From Methanobacterium sp. (GTDB lineage Archaea > Methanobacteriota > Methanobacteria > Methanobacteriales > Methanobacteriaceae), in the NCBI GenBank assembly GCA_003166335.1, contig PMWA01000087.1, forward strand, positions 1-14,727: 14,727 nt of DNA, in the 5' to 3' direction. Below the pieces are notes generated by a model. That model had not been told where the DNA came from and searched no databases. It saw only the letters and a list, made by a program, of their open reading frames with translations. The translations under genes and the position numbers were made by a program. Below, piece by piece: positions 10,654-14,727 of this stretch (position 1 is the stretch's first letter; the number at the start of each line of letters is the position of its first letter).

Positions 10654-11835
10654 TTATAGAAGGTCTTTTAAAAGTTTTAAAAGGTTAGGATGTTTACCTA
10701 AGAATTTGAGTGTAGTTAATTTGGATATTTTTTCTAAATCATTATTTTCAAAGAATTCCGCTAGAGCGTTCATATCACTATCACTTAGTTTATCAAATGC
10801 TTTTCTAAACTTAAATGATGTTTTTAAGTTATCCTCAAATTCATCTCTCCACAGTTCATCATACCTCTTTAGGGACATTGAAGAAACATTTTCTTCCTTT
10901 ATAGCTTCTGCTGCAACCTCACCAGCTATTCGGGCACATGAAGCAGTTATATGAATCCCCCCACCGGTTATAGGATCAACTTGTCCAGCAGCATCCCCCA
11001 CAACTAAAAATCCATCATTATAAGTTTTATCCATAGGTCCTGAAAGTGGAACTCCACCAATATTAAGTTCAACAGGTGTAGCATCAAATTTCGAAACGAA
11101 TTTTTTAAGATAATAATAAGCGGTTTCAGTTGAGTTCCTAACCCCTACACCCACATTAGCTATGCCTTCACCTTTAGGGAATATCCATGAATACCCTCCA
11201 GGTGCTACTGTTCTACCGAAATAAAATTCTAACAAGTTAGGATCAATATCTAAACCCACTAATTCATATTGAGCACAGGAACAGATATCATCAGGATTTT
11301 TTATGCTGTTTATTCCAGATTTATAAGCTAAATTTGATTCTACACCGTCTGCAGCTATAACTACATCAGCTTTTATCTCCATAGTTTCGCCTAAATGTTT
11401 GGCAACCACTCCACAGACTTTACCTTCTTTTCTAATCAAGTCTTTTACAGTGGTTTTAACCATTACATCCGTCCCAACCTTAGCTGATTCAATTGCCAGA
11501 TATTTATCAAAAACCCTTCTATCTAATACATAACCCTCAGAAATAGTATTATTATTTAAAATATTACCATCTGTCATTCCTTCTTCTACTTTCATAGTCC
11601 TTCCGTCAGGTGCATGAACTTGAGCACCCCTTATCTCAGAGCAAATATATTTTTTAGAAGGCTTCATCTCCAACGTTTCAAAAGTGGAGAAAGTGGTACC
11701 TTCAGCACACTGTACAGGGCTTCCTATTTCCTGTCGTTTTTCAATCATCAAAACATCAACATCATTTCTTGATGCAAATAATGATGAAATGGATCCTCCA
11801 ATGCGTCCCCCTACAACAATAACATCGTACTTCAT
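10654..11835 (-). CDS. Geranylgeranyl reductase family FAD oxidoreductase (digeranylgeranylglycerophospholipid reductase-like)
   Basis: 393 aa from ATG11835 (MKYDVIVVGG), with RBS GGAGG at 11843-11847 and an ATGA overlap with the ferredoxin stop. Motifs VQCAEG, LDRRVFD, IAADG, APGGYSWIFP (YxWxFP) and GDAAG.VDPITGGGI. Confidence 0.9.
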   Translation of the reverse strand: MKYDVIVVGGRIGGSISSLFASRNDVDVLMIEKRQEIGSPVQCAEGTTFSTFETLEMKPSKKYICSEIRGAQVHAPDGRTMKVEEGMTDGNILNNNTISEGYVLDRRVFDKYLAIESAKVGTDVMVKTTVKDLIRKEGKVCGVVAKHLGETMEIKADVVIAADGVESNLAYKSGINSIKNPDDICSCAQYELVGLDIDPNLLEFYFGRTVAPGGYSWIFPKGEGIANVGVGVRNSTETAYYYLKKFVSKFDATPVELNIGGVPLSGPMDKTYNDGFLVVGDAAGQVDPITGGGIHITASCARIAGEVAAEAIKEENVSSMSLKRYDELWRDEFEDNLKTSFKFRKAFDKLSDSDMNALAEFFENNDLEKISKLTTLKFLGKHPNLLKLLKDLL

Positions 11836-12005
11836 TGAGCATCCTCCGAGATCAGGGCTCCAAGCGGACACACCTTCTCACATCTTCCACAATTTTTACA
11901 CCCTTCCCTAATAATTATCTCGTTTTCAGTGAGTTCCAACAGTTTATTAGAACACACAGCAACACATGCACCGCAGTATCCACAACTCTCAACCACATAT
12001 CTCAT
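11832..12005 (-). CDS. 2x[4Fe-4S] ferredoxin
   Basis: Motifs CGYCGACVAVC and CKNCGRCEKVCP. About 57 aa from ATG12005, preceded by AAGGATGA; ATG12011 and ATG12014 are alternative starts. Confidence 0.9.
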   Translation of the reverse strand: MRYVVESCGYCGACVAVCSNKLLELTENEIIIREGCKNCGRCEKVCPLGALISEDAQ

Positions 12006-12104
12006 TGACATCATCCTTTAATTTAATAGAATTTATTGTGTAAAATATTATTTAGTTTAAATTTTAGAATACAAAATCATTATATGTATAAGGGTTAAAG
12101 ATAA

Positions 12105-12122
12105 TTATATAACTTATGTTAA
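12105..12122 (-). promoter_or_regulatory. Putative BRE/TATA promoter for the ferredoxin-GGR unit
   Basis: The minus strand reads TTAACATAAG-TTATATAA, about 100 nt upstream of the ferredoxin start. Several other AT-rich candidates exist nearby. Confidence 0.35.
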
Positions 12123-12317
12123 TCTCTTTAAAAATCATAAAATCTTTAATAAAGTAAGGAATATTCTTTTAATTCGTTATAATCGCCTGAATTTTCAAAG
12201 AATCCTTGATAAATTTTTAATATTTAGTTTAAGATTAATCATTAAAAATTTAGTTTACTCTTTGTATTTAATTCGTTCCATTATGCTTAGGATGGTTATA
12301 AAGGATAAATGGATTGA

Positions 12318-12334
12318 ACCGTTAAGTTAATATA
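12318..12334 (+). promoter_or_regulatory. BRE/TATA promoter of tRNA-Leu
   Basis: ACCGTTAAG-TTAATATA resembles methanogen stable-RNA promoters (ACCGAAA.TTTATATA type) and ends 26 nt before the mature tRNA 5' end. Confidence 0.65.
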
Positions 12335-12360
12335 GGACGTTAACATAAGTTCGATGTAAT

Positions 12361-12444
12361 GCAGGGGTGCCCGAGCTGGCCAAAGGGGGTGGACTTAAGA
12401 TCCTCTGGCGTAGGCCTACGTGGGTTCGAATCCCATCCCCTGCA
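12361..12444 (+). tRNA. tRNA-Leu (anticodon TAA), long variable arm, no intron, CCA not encoded
   Basis: Acceptor stem GCAGGGG/CCCCTGC plus discriminator A. Anticodon loop CT-TAA-GA (TAA at 12396-12398); variable arm GGCGTAGGCC; T-arm GTGGG-TTCGAAT-CCCAT. Confidence 0.97.
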
Positions 12445-12452
12445 CTAATATC

Positions 12453-12488
12453 TGTATAACTGTTCTAAAATGTATAAATGTTCTCAAG
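12453..12488 (+). repeat. Imperfect 18-bp tandem duplication in the tRNA spacer
   Basis: TGTATAACTGTTCTAAAA (12453-12470) is followed directly by TGTATAAATGTTCTCAAG (12471-12488); 15/18 identical. Confidence 0.6.
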
Positions 12489-12491
12489 ATA

Positions 12492-12499
12492 TTTATATA
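12492..12499 (+). promoter_or_regulatory. Putative TATA box for tRNA-Thr
   Basis: Consensus TTTATATA ending 32 nt upstream of the tRNA-Thr 5' end. Confidence 0.45.
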
Positions 12500-12531
12500 A
12501 AAAATTAAAAAAATTAGAAATAATTTTTAAT

Positions 12532-12604
12532 GCCTCAGTGGCTCAGCCGGTAGAGCGATGCCTTGGTAAGGCATAGGTCGGGGGTTCGAATCCCCCCTGA
12601 GGCT
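12532..12604 (+). tRNA. tRNA-Thr (anticodon GGT), no intron, CCA not encoded
   Basis: Acceptor stem GCCTCAG/CTGAGGC plus discriminator T (U73, typical of archaeal tRNA-Thr). Anticodon arm ATGCC-TT GGT AA-GGCAT (GGT at 12565-12567); T-arm GGGGG-TTCGAAT-CCCCC. Confidence 0.97.
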
Positions 12605-12611
12605 TCTTTTT
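12605..12611 (+). terminator. Pyrimidine/oligo-T terminator after tRNA-Thr
   Basis: TCTTTTT directly 3' of the tRNA. Confidence 0.45.
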
Positions 12612-12664
12612 AAATTAAACCTTATTTATTATCATATAAATATTTTTTTGAGGTATATAAAAAA

Positions 12665-13468
12665 ATGGAAAGAAAAATCATCCAAATATCAGACTTACAT
12701 TTTTGTGATATAACATTCTCCACAAATCTAAAAAAATAATGCTTTAAAACAGCTTGAAGCTGAAAATCCAGATCTGATAATTGTCTCTGGAGATTTAACC
12801 ACTAATGGATATTCACATGAATACGAAGATGCAGCTAATTTTATAAATGAACTGAAAGCTATTGGCAATGTGCATGTCATACCGGGCAATCACGATGCAA
12901 GAAATGTTGGATTAATCCATTATAAAAGACTTATTGGGGAAAGAAAATTCACTCAAATAGATGAAAATGGAGGATTTGCAATAATAGGCTTAGATTCTTC
13001 ACAACCCAGACATAAATGACGGTCAAATCGGTACAGATCAACTACTCTGGCTGAAATCTGAGCTCGATAAGATAACTAATGATCTTTTTAAAATAGTCAC
13101 TTTTCATCATCATCTGTTGCCAATACCTCAAACTTGGCGGGAAAGAAATATTTTACTTGATTCAGGAGATTTACTCAGAGTATTCATTGGTTATGGTGTT
13201 GATTTAGTATTAAATGGTCATAAACACGTTCCTAATGTATGGGTGATTGAAAATATGGTAACCCTCAACTCTGGTACAGCAACAACTCGAAAACTGCGAG
13301 GAGAAACCTACCCTTGCTATAATCATCTAGTGATTGATAATGGAAATGTATATATAAACCTTATAAATACTGAAACAGGGTATAAAAAGGAAATTTGCAC
13401 ATTATTCTGTTAAAGTGGAGGGTGATGAGTTTAATATTTGCTCATATAAACATAATTCATTACGATGA
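12665..13468 (+). pseudogene. Calcineurin-like metallophosphoesterase (CpdA/Icc-like); frameshifted, so either a pseudogene or sequencing errors
   Basis: ATG12665 with GAGGT upstream. All five metal-binding motifs are present across successive frames: ISDLH, VSGD, PGNHD, FHHH, NGHKH. Removing one base at each of three homopolymers gives a ~266-aa protein ending at TGA 13466-13468. The track shows only the 13117-13413 fragment. Confidence 0.85.
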
Positions 13469-13694
13469 AATGGGGTAAAGTCTTTTATATAATAAATCAA
13501 AAATGTATCTATAGAATTTTTTTTATTATATTAATTATAAATCATAAAATAAATTTTTTTGAGATTATCATTCTTGATGATCTTATTAATACTTAGTTTT
13601 CTTACATTTTGATATAAGAATTAATTGAATTATCTGAAAATAGTAGTAAATTTATGAAAATATAATAAATTTTCAGTGTTTAAGTGATAAAAAG

Positions 13695-14300
13695 ATGTCA
13701 AAAACATTAGATATATTAATGGCAGGAGTAATCGCTGGAACAGCGGCTTATGCCACTATTAAACTAGGTATAGGTGGAACAGTTATAGGAACCGTATTAT
13801 GTTCTATGCTATATCAAATAATTTCTCATATTGTCAAAGAACCAGTTGAAAACATTAAAACACAGAAAATAGAGAGAGAAATTTTTTATGTTTTTCCACT
13901 CGTGATAATATTAGTTATTGAAATAATATATCTGTTATCATCTCTTTATAATAGTCCAGAGCAAATATTTACAGCTCTAGAAAGTGCTACGGGTGATAAC
14001 CTTTTCAAAGTCATAGGAATAGGTTTAATAGTGATGGGATTATACCCTATTATACAACCGGAAAGTATTAAAAAATTTTACGGTTATATATTATTGGTGG
14101 TAGGAGTTATAAATCTTTTAATAGGTTTTGTGGATATAACATCACCTGTTGTACAATTATACGCTCCATTATTTTACCAGTTAAAAGAAGTAATTTCGAT
14201 AATAATTATTGCAGTTATCGCATATGTCATAATTGCTATAACTCGAGAATCAGTGATTATTATACTCAATAAGGACAAAGGTAAAGATAATAAGGATTAA
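13695..14300 (+). CDS. Hypothetical multi-pass membrane protein
   Basis: 201-aa ORF with about 5-6 hydrophobic segments, a Gly-rich N-terminal hairpin (LGIGGTVIGTVL) and a charged C-terminal tail. No family recognised. Confidence 0.8.
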   Translation: MSKTLDILMAGVIAGTAAYATIKLGIGGTVIGTVLCSMLYQIISHIVKEPVENIKTQKIEREIFYVFPLVIILVIEIIYLLSSLYNSPEQIFTALESATGDNLFKVIGIGLIVMGLYPIIQPESIKKFYGYILLVVGVINLLIGFVDITSPVVQLYAPLFYQLKEVISIIIIAVIAYVIIAITRESVIIILNKDKGKDNKD

Positions 14301-14334
14301 TAAATCATAATAAAGCATAAATTAGTTGATAACC

Positions 14335-14727
14335 ATGACCAAAAAGGCTAAAAATAGTACGCTTAAGGCGGTACTGGATGTCATACTCTATGAAAATCCA
14401 TCCACTCAGGATGAAATTGCTGATAAATTAGGATTAACACGAAGGTATGTTACTAAACTTCTTCAGCCCCTTGTTAAACGAGGAGTGGTGAAAAGAGCTT
14501 ACATCTTAGATTTAAAAAAATTTGATGAATTTTCTGAGATGTTCCAAGAGGAACCAACTTCTAGGGAGAATGCCGGGAGCTTTCTTATAAAAGATATGCT
14601 TAAAAGCATGGCACTACAAGTATGCCAACAGTTCGACCTATCATTTGAGTCTTTTGTTAAATATGATGATGATCTAGCTAATGAAGCCCTCAAATTAGAT
14701 TATATCACAAATAATATGCATGAAAAA
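14335..14727 (+). CDS. Winged-HTH + PhoU-domain regulator (phosphate uptake regulator-like), 3'-truncated by the window edge
   Basis: Open frame from ATG14335 to the window end (131 codons), absent from the ORF track because it has no stop. HTH segment PSTQDEIADKLGLTRRYVTKLLQPLVKRGVV is followed by PhoU-like helices MLKSMALQVCQQFDLSFESFVKYDDDLANEALKLDYITNNMHEK. Confidence 0.82.
   Translation, partial: MTKKAKNSTLKAVLDVILYENPSTQDEIADKLGLTRRYVTKLLQPLVKRGVVKRAYILDLKKFDEFSEMFQEEPTSRENAGSFLIKDMLKSMALQVCQQFDLSFESFVKYDDDLANEALKLDYITNNMHEK

Noticed and set aside
11836..11871. N-terminal extension MSAWSPDLGGCS of the GGR ORF
   Set aside because: It overlaps the ferredoxin coding sequence. ATG11835 has a proper RBS and gives the family-typical MKYDVIVVG start.
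9666..11911. Plus-strand ORFs 9666-10019, 10048-10287, 10706-10954 and 11684-11911
   Set aside because: Antisense shadows of the HEAT, GGR and ferredoxin genes. ORF 10048-10287 mirrors the unannotated HEAT frame on the minus strand.
12111..12351. 12-bp perfect inverted repeat (AACTTATGTTAA 12111-12122 / TTAACATAAGTT 12340-12351) as MITE ends
   Set aside because: There is no target-site duplication and no transposase, the segment contains the tRNA promoter, and a 12-bp match is plausible by chance in very AT-rich DNA.
12361..12604. tRNA-anchored genomic island, provirus or CRISPR array
   Set aside because: There is no integrase, no att-like duplication of a tRNA 3' end, no repeat-spacer periodicity and no obvious compositional break in the flanking genes.
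9145..13468. Programmed ribosomal frameshifting or phase variation as the explanation of the broken genes
   Set aside because: Three to five independent shifts per gene would be required, and most sites are runs of only 2-3 nt with no common slippery motif.
14499..14693. 64-aa minus-strand ORF
   Set aside because: Antisense to the wHTH-PhoU gene that runs off the window end.

Overview
AT-rich archaeal chromosomal DNA from a hydrogenotrophic methanogen. Gene content and protein style point to Methanobacteriaceae (Methanobacterium-like); this assignment is an inference. Bases 162-8441 carry a complete, intact acetyl-CoA decarbonylase/synthase (ACDS, CODH/ACS) operon: cdhA-cdhB-cdhC-cooC-cdhD-cdhE plus a CooF-like 4x[4Fe-4S] protein. 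A convergent minus-strand block follows, read in transcription order as: 2x[4Fe-4S] ferredoxin, geranylgeranyl-reductase-family flavoprotein, HEAT-repeat protein (broken by 5 apparent frameshifts) and O6-methylguanine-DNA methyltransferase. The plus strand then resumes with tRNA-Leu(TAA), tRNA-Thr(GGT), a calcineurin-like metallophosphoesterase (3 apparent frameshifts), an unknown membrane protein and the 5' part of a wHTH-PhoU regulator that the ORF track misses. I see no CRISPR array, mobile element or defence system. This looks like core housekeeping DNA, and I cannot support a claim of a new system. The most notable sequence-level signal is two genes riddled with small indels of opposite polarity (all deletions in one, all insertions in the other), most simply explained as consensus errors. 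A possible phosphate-related three-gene module and some ACDS architecture details also merit a second look.
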